Positions 42,001 to 54,247 of a stretch of DNA of 64,000 nt are shown piece after piece. Every line of letters starts with the position of its first letter. Position 1 is the stretch's first letter. The DNA lies in NCBI GenBank assembly GCA_012295275.1, contig CM022665.1, positions 11,904,001 through 11,968,000 of the forward strand, in the 5' to 3' direction. The position numbers and the translations under genes were made by a program. The notes under the pieces were generated by a model, which was not told the DNA's origin, made no database searches, and saw only the letters and a list, made by a program, of their open reading frames with translations. This DNA comes from Chrysomallon squamiferum. Its lineage: Eukaryota > Animalia > Mollusca.

Positions 42001-42509
42001 AAAATCACCACTTTCTAAAGATAATAATTTGATGTCCATTTGTTTAATAAATTCATACAATAATAATTATTAACACTGCAGAAAAAATAGAATAATTATT
42101 CTACTACAAATGACCTTTTCATTAAGTCTGTTAGTATATTTTATTTTATATTTATTTCTATTAATTATTATTTCTTTGATCAAAACCTGTCACTCATGAC
42201 TATAGAACACAGCTTGAGGAAACTGGTAAAATGTAATGTAAAATTGCTCCACCTTTTACGATTTATCAATAGCCCGCAGCATAACATTTTTATAATAATA
42301 TGGTTGTGAAATATCCAAAACCCACTTTTTAATTGTATTCAGATTACCGTAATACAGAATAATACTGTAATTTGTAAAGAAACACAAAACTATACGATCA
42401 TTTCAATTTCAAATATTTATCACCTTCTTTGTGCATCCAGTCCCCACAATCTTATTTGTCTATCATACAGTGCTGCTTCATCTTCGGTTATGTTTTGTTC
42501 TTTGCTCAT
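36055..42509 (-). CDS. SAE1: SUMO-activating enzyme subunit 1 (Aos1), 345 aa, 9 exons
   Basis: Exons 42509-42424, 41719-41608, 39878-39819, 39220-38964, 38443-38332, 37717-37612, 37236-37092, 36631-36562, 36144-36055 (1038 nt, phase-consistent). Motifs: ITEDEAALYDRQIRLWGLDAQ, VLLIGVKGLGAEVAKNVVLSG, LNPMVEV, FFAGDVFGYYGFMFTDLG, NLS-like PPPKKAK, ELSPVCAIVGGVMGQEIIKAVSQKDQPHNNFFFYNG. Confidence 0.97.
39305..39670. mobile_element. Probable decayed hAT (Charlie-type) MITE in SAE1 intron 3
   Basis: Ends cagtgtttaccac... and ...aaaaggctgagaactattg resemble Charlie-type termini. Flanking 8-mers tattatat / cattataa match 6/8 with a central TA. No coding remnant. Confidence 0.45.
39949..40950 (+). 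mobile_element. Internally deleted, decayed pogo/Tigger (Tc1-mariner superfamily) DNA transposon in SAE1 intron 2
   Basis: Imperfect TIRs with TA flanks: left TA|cattgaaactcctctaaa (39947), right tttagaggcctttcactg|TA (40952). Frameshifted transposase remnants at about 40560-40860 read KRCDIQLSLDDKVQII (HTH_psq-like), GIGKLSTGNILKKRD and KSDKLNELV..WQ*FCQTHAKNIPVSG (CENP-B/Tc5 HTH-like). Confidence 0.8.
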
Positions 42510-44490
42510 GGTGTTTTGATAAATTAACTGCATATCACACTAGGCTTTTCCTTTCAAATTCTGATGATCTGTTTCACTTTTTCGCGGACTGTTAGAAATC
42601 AAACAGCAGAAAAAAAGAAGAGTTCAATGTTCTATTTTGAGATCGGGCATTATCGGATATATTCGTTCATTGTCGGAAAAACATGAGTGCGTCTGCATAA
42701 ACCCACTGACTACTGCACACTTTTAAATGTTGACATATTTAAATTATTTAAATCCTAACTGTTGTTTGTGGACTGAATATTGTATGTTATTTATATGGTT
42801 GTAAGTTAAACCGATAACATATAGTTTTATGTGTTTTTGTAGAATAATCTAGTCAATAAGAGGAAAAAGAAGAACCACCACAACAAATAAAACAATAATA
42901 ATTCCAAATCAAATGATGATTTTACCAACATATTGCAATGAACAGCATATGATAGGACTCAAGATGCATAGAGTAATGCCAGCAAAAAGCCTGTTACAAC
43001 ATCAGAAATTTTAATTGCAGCTCTAAGGTGACAGTTAATATAAAAAAAAAAAAAAAAAAAAAACCTGCAGGAGTCTTTTCGTGAACTATAGTGGACTGTA
43101 TACTCACAAATTAACTTAAAAAAAAAAAAAAAGTTTTTGATAGGTTTGTAAAATATAGAAGTTTTTTTTTTTGGGGGGGGTTGTATATTTTGTAGGTTTT
43201 GTTTTTTGTTGGTATAGTTATTGTTGCTTTTTAAAGTCATGTTTTCACAATCTTAATATAATGTACGTGCACCTTACCTGGATGTTTTAAATATTCAGTC
43301 TTCATTGTCTCTCGTTTAATCAATTTTCATGCAGACTGTTTTCATGCTACTAGTTGAGAACATCTGTGAAAACATTTTTTCTATCTCATTAATGTTTAGC
43401 CTATTATCAGAAGTAAAGTAGGCCTACGTAAGCTAGAAAAAAAAAGTTCTTAATTAACTACAATTAATTTGTTATTTTTAAAATGAAAACTATTTTCAAA
43501 ATGGTCTTTTAAGATCTAGATCAGCAATTAAACACTAAATAAGTAACTTTAAATAATATATAAATGCAAATAGCAAGTAATTTATGGAAGTGAAATATAT
43601 ATTTTCCTCCCTCAAAAATATATTTTGGTCAGTGCCCTAAAATATAGAAAAACGCAGTCATTGCTTGCCGCTAGGTACAGTGACTGCATATATATATATG
43701 AACAAATTTGGGCTACTTGAAGACGCAAAATCCTTGATTCAAGCCATTTCCAGGCATCTTATTCCTAGTTCAGTAATCATAACTTTTTATGATTTAATGT
43801 TCTTATTTTCTACTTTACCAGGCAAGAGGTAGTATTTCGAAATCCATGTACACGAGAAATCACTAAACTAACACCAGAAGAATTAAAAGGAATTGGTAAC
43901 AGTAGACATAAATGAATTAATTCAATGGATATCGTTTCTATCGGAATAGAGATTTATATTTTATATTTTTTGAATAAAATCTTTGTATTAAAAAAAATAA
44001 TAATTATTAAAAAAAAAAAATCGTCAATAACACACACAGTATTGGAAATAAATAGAAAATATTTTGTAAAGGCAAAAGCTCATGAATTAATGTTTTTTAT
44101 TTTTTTTTTTTTTTTTTTTTTTTTATTATTATTTTTTTTTCCCTTAAGATACAAGGATGGTACGAACAAATTATCCCAAAACATTTGCCATACTTTCATA
44201 CTAGGTTTATATATACGATTTCTCGCTAAGAACAAGTAAAATAGAAAACTAGGAATTAAATTTATATAAATAAAAGCGGATATGTGTCTGTATATTCGTA
44301 CGAGCGTTCGCAGAAATATCTGACAAAAAGAGTCTTAAACGGGAGTGAATATGACAATGGTGGGGACCATGATGTCGGCAACATTTAGTGATGTCCACCA
44401 TTTATGCAGTTTCCATCATTTCAACCGACTAAAGTCTTCGGCAAGCAAGCATAATTTATGTTAATTTAATAATGTAACACGTTTGGTTAG

Positions 44491-44511
44491 ATGACGTCAT
44501 AATACGTCATA
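44491..44511. promoter_or_regulatory. Full palindromic CRE plus adjacent near-site between divergent SAE1 and MAX
   Basis: ATGACGTCAT at 44491-44500 followed by TACGTCAT at 44504-44511, in a CpG-retaining patch (44290-44560). Confidence 0.5.
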
Positions 44512-45749
44512 TGAAAAGAAGACCGTTTTAACAGTGAGCGTCTTGAACTATTTTTGAACAAAGATGTAATTAATAGTTTCACGGGACAGAAAACATGCAG
44601 TTAAGAGCAGTAAGAAAAATAGCTATTTTTATTTTATCCTTTGATTAAGAATTAATTTGCTTGAAGATTATAAATATTGTGTTAATAAATAGAATATTAT
44701 ATTATACAAAATAGTGGAAATATATACATTAGGTATGTTACAAACTAGAATTATTTTGGTTAGGATGTTCAAGAGCTGGAAAACATTTATTCATCCTTAT
44801 TCCCAAAGGAAAACCAACAATGTTGTATACCCTGCTGCCAAACAATGATCTCAAATTGTTTACTCATTAATATTCTTTTTTCTTCTTCTATTTTTCCCCG
44901 GTTTTTTAAATTTCATCTATAATACTTTAATTTACTTTAAATGATCATTTTCTTGTTTAAAATAATAATAATAATAAAATTAAATTAAAATAAATGTGGA
45001 CTTTTTAAAACATCTAAAATGTTAGGAGGTATTTATTAATTTGTGACATACTGAATTAAATAGAAATACACTGGACATGTTCCACATAACTTTACCTTTT
45101 AATGAACACTATTCAAATTATATTATTATAATTTATACACCACATCGTACATTTTAATAATACCTAATTCAACAATATTAAAATGAAAAACAAAGAAAAA
45201 ATATTAATTTAAGATAGGCCTATATCAGTTAATATGATTCCAACAAAGGATATTACATAGAATATCATCTTCCAATTCATTAGCATAAATTCTACTGATG
45301 TTTTAAAAAGTGAAATATTAATGCATATATATATATAACAAATTAAAGTTTATATTTGGAAGAAAAAATCGATTATATTCCAAATATTAATTTTAAAATT
45401 ATGCATTTTGTTGTTTTTTTGTTGTTGTTGTTTTGGTTTTTTTTTTTTTTTTTTGCGAAATGGTGTTATATAAATGTGTTATAATAAAAACAAATATTCA
45501 GAAACCTCAAACTTCCTATGATTAGGAAATGTACGGAAAGAACCGAACAATGTCAACAAAATATTTTGAACTTCGACCTTTCTTGGTACAAGGTGAAGGT
45601 GCAAATAAGCAGATCTGAACTTAAGTTCCTTTTTTTAATATACAATTAATATACTGAAATTAAAATTTAACCAAATTATACAAAACATAATCTTACAATT
45701 TCCTGTTGTATTAAAAATTTGTAAAGAAGTTCTAGATCTTTTTAGTCAG

Positions 45750-45789
45750 CACGTGGTTTGACCGCGTGGCGTTGTTTGGTCGCCATTTT
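45750..45789 (+). promoter_or_regulatory. MAX proximal promoter: canonical E-box, non-canonical E-box and YY1 motif
   Basis: CACGTG 45750-45755, CGCGTG (=CACGCG) 45763-45768 and CGCCATTTT 45781-45789, in a CpG-containing patch 50-90 bp upstream of the ATG. Confidence 0.65.
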
Positions 45790-45841
45790 GTGTGGTTTTT
45801 GGCGGAGAGCAGAGGGAAGTGCATGGGGCTTTGATCGCACA

Positions 45842-48584
45842 ATGAGCGATGAAGACAGAGATGTCGACGTAGAAAGTGACGTGAGTGAAAGAATGAATAT
45901 TAAACTTTAATTTAGTATATAAATTGTTCATTCGTACATACTCCCCTAAGGGTCAGATTTGCTGTTAAAACTGATCGGCAAGCGTTTGTACTTGCAGGGG
46001 GAAGACGATGATGGGAGTATCTATGGGATAGCTGATTCCCCAACCTCTGGATCCCAATCATCAGGTCCATTTTTTGATCAGGTAGTTTGAACCCATACAT
46101 AATCTATATTTGCACCTTAATGATTAATTTTATTGCACTAATAACTTAATAGAAAGGCGTTTGACAGCTGAGCGTATGCTAATGAGCCTGCTGTACTGTT
46201 ACCACGTGACTTACCTGTCATAACACATCGGGTTCGTGTGCGCTTGTGTTTACCATGATACTCCATAAAAAGGATTTGAGGTTTCTGTCCTTATAAATAG
46301 CAGTAATCATTAGGAAAACTAACATTAATCAGTTTTACAGTACGCTTTTTGTCATGTGTGTTTCATGCAACGGTTACTAATTAGTACCATATAAACTGAA
46401 ATGTTTACAGAATTCTGAATTGTTTGATAACACTAACGTGACTAAGTAATACTACTAATAGTAGCCAAACGGCCAGAATTTGTTCATAATGATAATCATG
46501 TATTTGCGGAATAATAATTTGTGTGCCCTTTATAGACTAATAAATTAATGACATAATCGTTCATTCATATAAATTACTTTTAACATATGCTAAACTTTCT
46601 AAGAAGTTTACGTTTTTGAGGTTCATAATTAATATTTTTTATTATATTAAATTTAGAAGTAGTAGTTATTTTGCTATTAAATACAAACGTTTTTTTTATT
46701 ATTATTATTTTTGAATTGTTCTCTTGTATTTGTGCTGTATCAGGATTTTTTTTGTTTGGTTTTTAACATATATGTTTGAGATTAATTTTAGCAATTGTAA
46801 CAAATGATTTATACAAGTTAAATAAGCATCTGACCAAAGGTATCTTGTATATATTCTTATTATTTTAGTTTTGTAATGAAATTATTTTAAAGCTCAGAGT
46901 AACAGTTAAATTAATCTATGAAATGCATGCATTTGAGATAATATATACACTGAACCTGTGAAATTGCAAATTGAAAATATAGTTTGTTATTTTTGTATCC
47001 AAGACTAATTATATTTCTTGTTGTTGTTGATGTTAATAATCTAAGTTGGGGTTGAAGTTACACACTGAAAATTGTATAATAAGATTTTTATGTAAATTTG
47101 TAATCATACATTACAAATACAAATTACACACACACACATTTTAGTGCACACAATTAGTTTAAAAATTAGATGTGTTAAATTTATTGTTTGTATTAGGTCA
47201 GAATTTAGTAAAAATATATAATGCAATTCAGTATCAGGAAGATTATGTGTTCTGGCATGTGTGACTGAAAAAAAAAGAACAAATTTTCAATGGCTGTTTT
47301 AACAGTACAAAGGGCTTTCAAATTGTTTGTTATTCTTTGGAGGTGTTATGCAAGGTCAGGCTAGTTTGTTATGTTTGACCTATTTATGTTCTGTGTGTTT
47401 GTATGTGTAATAACGTACATTGTGGACCAGTTGATTTGTTTGTAGTGGATTTCAATTATAATGATCATAGCAAGTTATTTATGGAGCACATGTAATCAGA
47501 ATATTCTAAAAATAAACACAGTCAGCATTATTTTGGATGTTGTGATAGTGTTTATATCATTGCACTAATTATACATTTATATCACTAAGCTTATTTCAAT
47601 ATCAGTGACTTACCTCTTGTAAGTACAAAATACATGTGATTTTTTTGGTCCTGAGCATTTATGGTATGCAGAGTACATTATGATAATTATAAAAACAATT
47701 TTATTTAATTTTACTTATTTTTAAATATATATATTATTTTTTAATTCTATTTTATTTATTTATTTGCTTATTTATTTTAATCTGCAATCTACAAGTTAAA
47801 AAGACAATGAACTTCAAATGTTAAAAGTAAATGATGTTACCATTAATTAAATCTGAAGATGAAATAATTCAACTTTTTTCATTTTTGACATAGTTGTCAT
47901 TTGCTTAATATAATAGTATATGATGAAACTAACAGTAACATACTAATGACATAGGGGATACAAGATGGAAAATTTAGCAGAAAAAAAACAAAACAAATTA
48001 CATACACCAAAACAAACTGACAAGGATATATATATGTTGTAAGAACTTTGTTATGTTACAGTCATGTTACATTATAAATACTTTACAGGCAGAAAAGCGA
48101 GCCCATCACAATGCTTTGGAGAGGAAAAGGCGTGACCACATCAAAGAAAGTTTCCATAGTTTGCGGGATGCAGTCCCTTCATTACATGGTGAAAAGGTAC
48201 ATGTATGTATACAACTTTTCATTCTGGTATCCACAGCGTTAAATAGAGCTGTATTGCAGTTTTTCTCCACAATTTTGGTGGTAAGACTGTTTGTCCAGCT
48301 TTTTAAAACTAATTTCTTAAAACATTTGAAAAATATTATCAACACTAATGTTTGTTATTAATATTATTTCTGTAATGTGTTATACCAAATGCAGATAAAA
48401 AGATTAAAATTGGATAGATTGGTTAATATTAAATCCACATTCATTTTTATTCATAATTTCAACCAAAAGAAGCAAATATGTATTAATTTGTACTTGGAAT
48501 TCTTTTTCAGAAACTGGTTAAAGAATCCCTGTTGGTTTTTTGTATCATGCTTCAAAGGTTAAGAAATGTTGAGCCCATAAAATA

Positions 48585-48615
<31 letters not shown>

Positions 48616-49138
48616 GATCAGTCTGATAGAGTAGAATGTATCATCTTTATGATTTATTAAGATAACACAAGGGAGTATAAGAACAAAAAAAGGATAGACT
48701 AATTTTTCACAGTTTGTTTCTCAACAGAATCAAATATCAAGAGCTCAGATCCTGAAGAAAGCTGCAGATTACATTCAGTTCATGCGTAGAAAAAATCACA
48801 GCCATCAACAAGACATAGACGACCTGAAGAGACAGAATGGAATCCTAGAACAACAAAGTGAGTTTTAATTCATTAAAAGAGGAGACAAAGGATACATTTT
48901 AAGTAATAGGAGTTATTGTGGAACAAAAATTAAAAAATCTCTTTATTTTATTTTTTTTCCAGTCCGAGCTCTGGAAAAGTCACGGGCTACTGGTCAGTTT
49001 GTATCTCAACCTTCTGGAGCTGTCAATCCCAAAGGTGGGCAGATCTCTGCATTTGATGGTGGCTCAGAATCTGAGAGCTCTGACCCTGAAGATCCAGCAC
49101 GTAACCGATGTAAAAAATTAAAGACAGAACCCAGCTGA
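45842..49138 (+). CDS. MAX: MYC-associated factor X (bHLH-Zip), 178 aa with cassette exon 2
   Basis: Exons 45842-45880 ([13 protein letters not shown]), 45998-46081, 48089-48196 ([36 protein letters not shown]), 48728-48857 ([34 protein letters not shown]), 48963-49138 (IRALEK...[13 protein letters not shown]...KKLKTEPS*). The hallmark Max basic region, zipper and acidic/NLS tail are present, with canonical splice sites. Confidence 0.97.
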
Positions 49139-52100
49139 GATTTCTCAAGCCTTCATCTGAGGCAGCAGAGATGTTAACGTTTAGCATGTTTGTTTTTATT
49201 TTTGTCAGATTTTTCATCAATTTTTGACCCCAGTTGGGTGCTAAGTTGACACTTTTAGGGCTTCATTTATTTTATTTTAAATCTTTTTTTCTTTTTTTTT
49301 TTCTTTTTCATTGTTAATTAATCTTAGAATTTGGTATTTAACAAGAATTTTATGTGAGGCTGGACTATTTGAAAAAGTGTGATTATGGAATAATAGCAAA
49401 CATCCAAGCTTGGTGACCATTTGAATCTTTTTACATGACAAAACAATTTAACAGTCAGTGCATTAATTATGTTCACAACTGAAGGCTACCAGTTTTGACC
49501 TGTTAATACATTGGGAACCAGCTATTACCACAACTTTTCCTTTACAGTTTATACATTCAGAGATTAAAAATGTTAGTAATCACTTAATTATTTGTTTGGA
49601 AAACAATTGTGAAATAACTGATAAGTAATTCAACTGGTTAGAATCTACACCTGTATAAAAACAGCTAATAATGCACAAAAATGACCAAATTTCCAGTACT
49701 GTGATTACTCAGTACACATTATTTTTGAAGTCAGAAATCCTTACTTTGAGAATAAAAAACAGAGAGAGAGAGAGAGAAGAAATCCTTTAATGGTGCCAGT
49801 GTTTATTAGAAATAAACATACAAAAATGGTAGCCTTTTTCTGTGAATACTTGAAATGATAATCTTTTGCTTGTTACTTTTTTTGCTGTACTCTTCAACAG
49901 TCCATCCAAATACGCTGGACCAAGGTGCTGTATTTGTCACTGCAGGTTGTTCAGAAAAAGGAAAACCTGATTTTGCAAATACACATTTAATACTTAAAAA
50001 TAAATAATTATCATTTATCAAGAGTGAGTTCTAATGAAGTATAAATACTTGATTATTTGTTAAACAGATCAAATTTGTCTAATTTCTTTCTTTCTTTCTT
50101 CCTTTTTTTTTTTTTACTTCTGAATATGTTTTCCTGTCATTTTAAAATGTGTATATGATAGTGCAAACAAAAGGCCTAAATAAATTTTGCATTCTTCCAT
50201 GTGCCTGAACATAACCCAAGTTAATTACAAAAAGAAAGAAAGAAGCCCGAGCTGAATTTTTTTATTACTTCATGTATAGAAAACTAAAAAAATTTCCAAT
50301 TGATCTTCAGTCTTTTACTTAATAATATGCATGTTTGTTTTGTTTTCAAACCCAGTGTGGAAAATAACTTTATGATAGAAGAGAACATTACTTTGTGCAT
50401 CCTCATTTTATTTGCAGATGTTAATGTTAAAAAGTAAATAAATAACCATGTAGATATACAGCAAAAGCATTTAGGCTATTTATTTCCACCATCAGAGGCA
50501 CATTTTCAGTGTAATTTTAAATTAATATAAATGCTCTTGTGACAATTTCACTTGACTGCAGACAGTATTTCTGGACCCTTTATTTAGTCCATGCAAATCT
50601 GAAAGATCGCCAAAGACTAGTGGAACTGTATACGATGATAATTAACATTTAAAAAAAAAAAAAAAATGAAAAAATCTTTTAAATAATATTTGTGTAAATC
50701 ATCAGTTTTAAGTTGTTGCAGTTGATGCTCTATAAGACATGTTATGCATTGTAAAGGTAAACAGTTTTGGTCTTTGAAATTTAAGACTGAACAAGAGTTT
50801 TAAAAATATGTCTGGGAACATGTTAATTCTGTTGCCTTTATATTGTGTATATTTTGTATGGCATACTTGATTTTATGAAATTGATGTGTGACCAGTGATC
50901 TCCATATTTATTTTATGCTCCATTTCTTAGGTATGAAGAATTTTTATTGTTTTCCTTACACATTTACATGTTCAAAATTCCACTGCATTTTCTTATTATT
51001 TTATTTAAGACAGTTTGATTTTAAATTATTTGTTTTCAATTATTTTTTAAATTCCCAGTTTTTAATATGTTAGAAACAGAGCTGAACATAATAACAAACA
51101 TTGCTTCTACTTATATTAAGATATTAGATCCTGTTTGAAGGCATGAATAATCTGAAGCTTATTTTCTTATTAGCAGTATCTTGTTAAATATGAAGGAATG
51201 TTTTGTCCAAAGGAATTTCATTGCTTTAGATACCTATATTGGCATTACAAAGAATACAGAATGACTGGCAAGGTAATCTGAATTTCAAATAATTTTAATA
51301 CATCAGCTACATACCTGATTTGTTTGTTGTTTCACAGGTAAAAAGTTGGTTCATAAAATTAATAACAAAGTTGTTTGGAACTCTTAAACACCATTCCTGC
51401 TTGTCACCTTTACAGAAATATGCATTAATATGGATTGGTAGGTCTTTTCATATTAATTTTGTTTAATTCACATGTGATATGAATGCCATGTGGAACATAC
51501 TTGGTTTAAGAAGTGTTTCATTTTAATTGATCAGTTCCTTGGAAAGAATTTTTTCTTTCTTTCTTTCTTTTTTTCTGTACATATTTGAAAGTCTTTTCTT
51601 TATTTTTGTTGTGCACGAGATTTTTGTATTTAAAATACATTAAAATGAACACTGCTGAAACACAGACTGTTACAGCTTTCTATTTATTAAAAAGTTAAAC
51701 ACTATTATAAAATTTCTCCCTAAAAGATCCCCGAGACCAAACAAGATTAAATCTGAGAACTCAAGCTTTTGTTTATAGGTAAATATTATAAAAGAAATGG
51801 AGCAGAAAATTAAAGTTTGTGTTAATTATGGGGAGCTTATTTGGAAAATTGAAATTCTGATTTTATAATACGTTTACTGTTTTGGCAAGGTAATAACATT
51901 CTATATGGTAAGATATGAAATTGTTACAAAGCTAGAAATAAATGTGTTTATTTTCATTAATTTTTTCATTTGTTTTTTTAAACTGATGTCTGTATTTTTG
52001 TTATGAATATAGTAACTTATTTGTTGCATGATTTTGCAAGAGAAAAACAACAGGATGAGAAAAATAACCATATTATATTATTTTGGTGCTTTAATTTATG

Positions 52101-54247
52101 TTTTGGTGCAGATGCAGACCCAAATGAGACTGCATATAATATCTCAGTCAATGCTTTAACACCATACCTTAAGTTTATTATATTCACTGTATGCAGATGC
52201 TTATAAAATTTCATCTGATGCTTGAAATTGAAAGAGTACTAAATGGCCCTTCCGTGCATCTCCATGGCAACTTGTTAATGCCATTGTCATCATCATCTTA
52301 GAGATCAAGATAGGCATTGTACTATGAAGTTAAAATTAAATCAGTATAAAATAAAAATCAATAGATCATCATTGTCTGTAGTGACTTACAACTGACAGCA
52401 ATAAATGTTAAAGTACTTTAGAAATTTGAAAGTTTCATTTTATCCTGTAAATTTTGAGAAACCATTTTAAATTGGCAGTTTGTGCTACATATATATTGTT
52501 TTAATGTGTCTTGGAATATTTTATTTTTGTTTGAATCACATGAGTATTAAGGTTAACTATGGGAATAAATACACTGCTTTTAATATAACTTTGTTCTAGT
52601 AAAAACTGATAGAACTTCAATTCTGGTTCTTTATTCCGAACAAGGTGAAGTTAACACTAAACAGTATTTCAGATCAATCCTAAACAATAAGTTCTTACTG
52701 AAATAACCCAGATTTAACTTTAAAAAAAAATACACTGTGATCATTCTCTCATTTCTTAGTAATATTCACTTCTCATACTTAAGCTAGGGTATTTCCTTAA
52801 ATTCTAGTCTTTCTCAAATTTTTATCAACTTTCCTCCAAGTTCAGTTAAAAAATCTTGGGATCTAAACTAGCTGCTGAATAACCATGACCACCCAGCTAG
52901 TCTCCACTTGTTTCTCAGTAACCAGTTCATAGAATTGCTTGGATTAATATGCTGATGACAAATTTTATGATTGGCTGTTTCATAAATCCTAAAAATGCCT
53001 GTCTGTAAAGTCTCCAAAATTTGTCCAAAATATGACATGAAATACACACATCGATTAGTTTTGTTCCAACTTGCTCAATGTTATATTAACATTAGCTTCA
53101 ATTTGTTCCTTGTACTTAAGAATAGTGTAATCATTATATTAGCTATTTCTGTCTTTATGGTCAACCTATCACAATCAAAATAAAGATGTTTCAGATCAGG
53201 ATTGATCAAAGATATCTCTGTAAATATACCACATCTGTGTAGAATACATGTGATATTATGCTGATACAGTCTTTGTTGTTTTTCATTCTTTTTTGAAATT
53301 CAAATTTAAAAAATAATAAAACATTTTAAATTTTAATATTTGTATCTTTATTATGAATTTTGTAGTATTGCATAATTCTTTTTTGAAAAAATAATGAATA
53401 TAAATAAATATTTAAAAATTTAAAAATAAATGGTGCCACACATCAGTAAACAAAATAGAAAATTAACTAAATTTAATCACAAAATATTTTTATTTCTGTA
53501 GTACTGTACAATAATTTAAAATTATTTTGGAGTGTGTGTTTGTATGCTTTCATGCATCTGTATATAAAATGATTTTTATCAAAAAACTTCTACAGAATAG
53601 ATAATACCAAAAAATCAAAAATAACCAAAAACATCAATATAGATATTGGGCATGTTAGAACAACTGGGCTATAGTGCTGAAGATTATTATTACTTAAAAC
53701 ATTCGCAGTTATCCAGCTGTTATTAATGCTTTCACAAAATAAAAACACTGATGTTTTTGTATTTTTTAATCACAAAAAGGAACAGCACTACTGAGCTATC
53801 GGTCACAAATACAGAGAACGTGTTAAAATACTTCAAAAGTGACATCACAGCATGTTACATAACAATGAACATAGTATATAATAATGAACATGGTGTAAAT
53901 GACTTTTGAGATTACATGAATGTTGACAATATCCCTGTCAAATAGATTATATATTCATATAAAAAGTAAATATATCGTTTGATGCACTGATAAGCTATGA
54001 AAAAATGTACTTAGTAAAAAAAAAAAAAAAAAAAAGGATGAGATCCTTTCACATTATTAATGCCACAAAAATGGCAAACCGTCAATATAATATGTGTATT
54101 ACATATTCATAATAACTGATTTTATATATATCCTAAATCAGTTGTATAATAATTCAAATCAGTCAATATAAACAATCCTGAGGTGGTCATTTCAGAATGA
54201 ATATTTTTCTTCTTCTTTTTTATTTATTTGTTATTTTCTTCTTCTCT

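Noticed and set aside
43273-43282. CTTACCTGG resembling the U1 snRNA 5' end
   Set aside because: No U1 body follows; it is just a minus-strand donor-like motif.
48710-49010. 16-mer cagtttgt(t/a)tctcaac shared between the MAX exon 4 acceptor region and exon 5
   Set aside because: A single short 15/16 match with no extension; it cannot be distinguished from chance.
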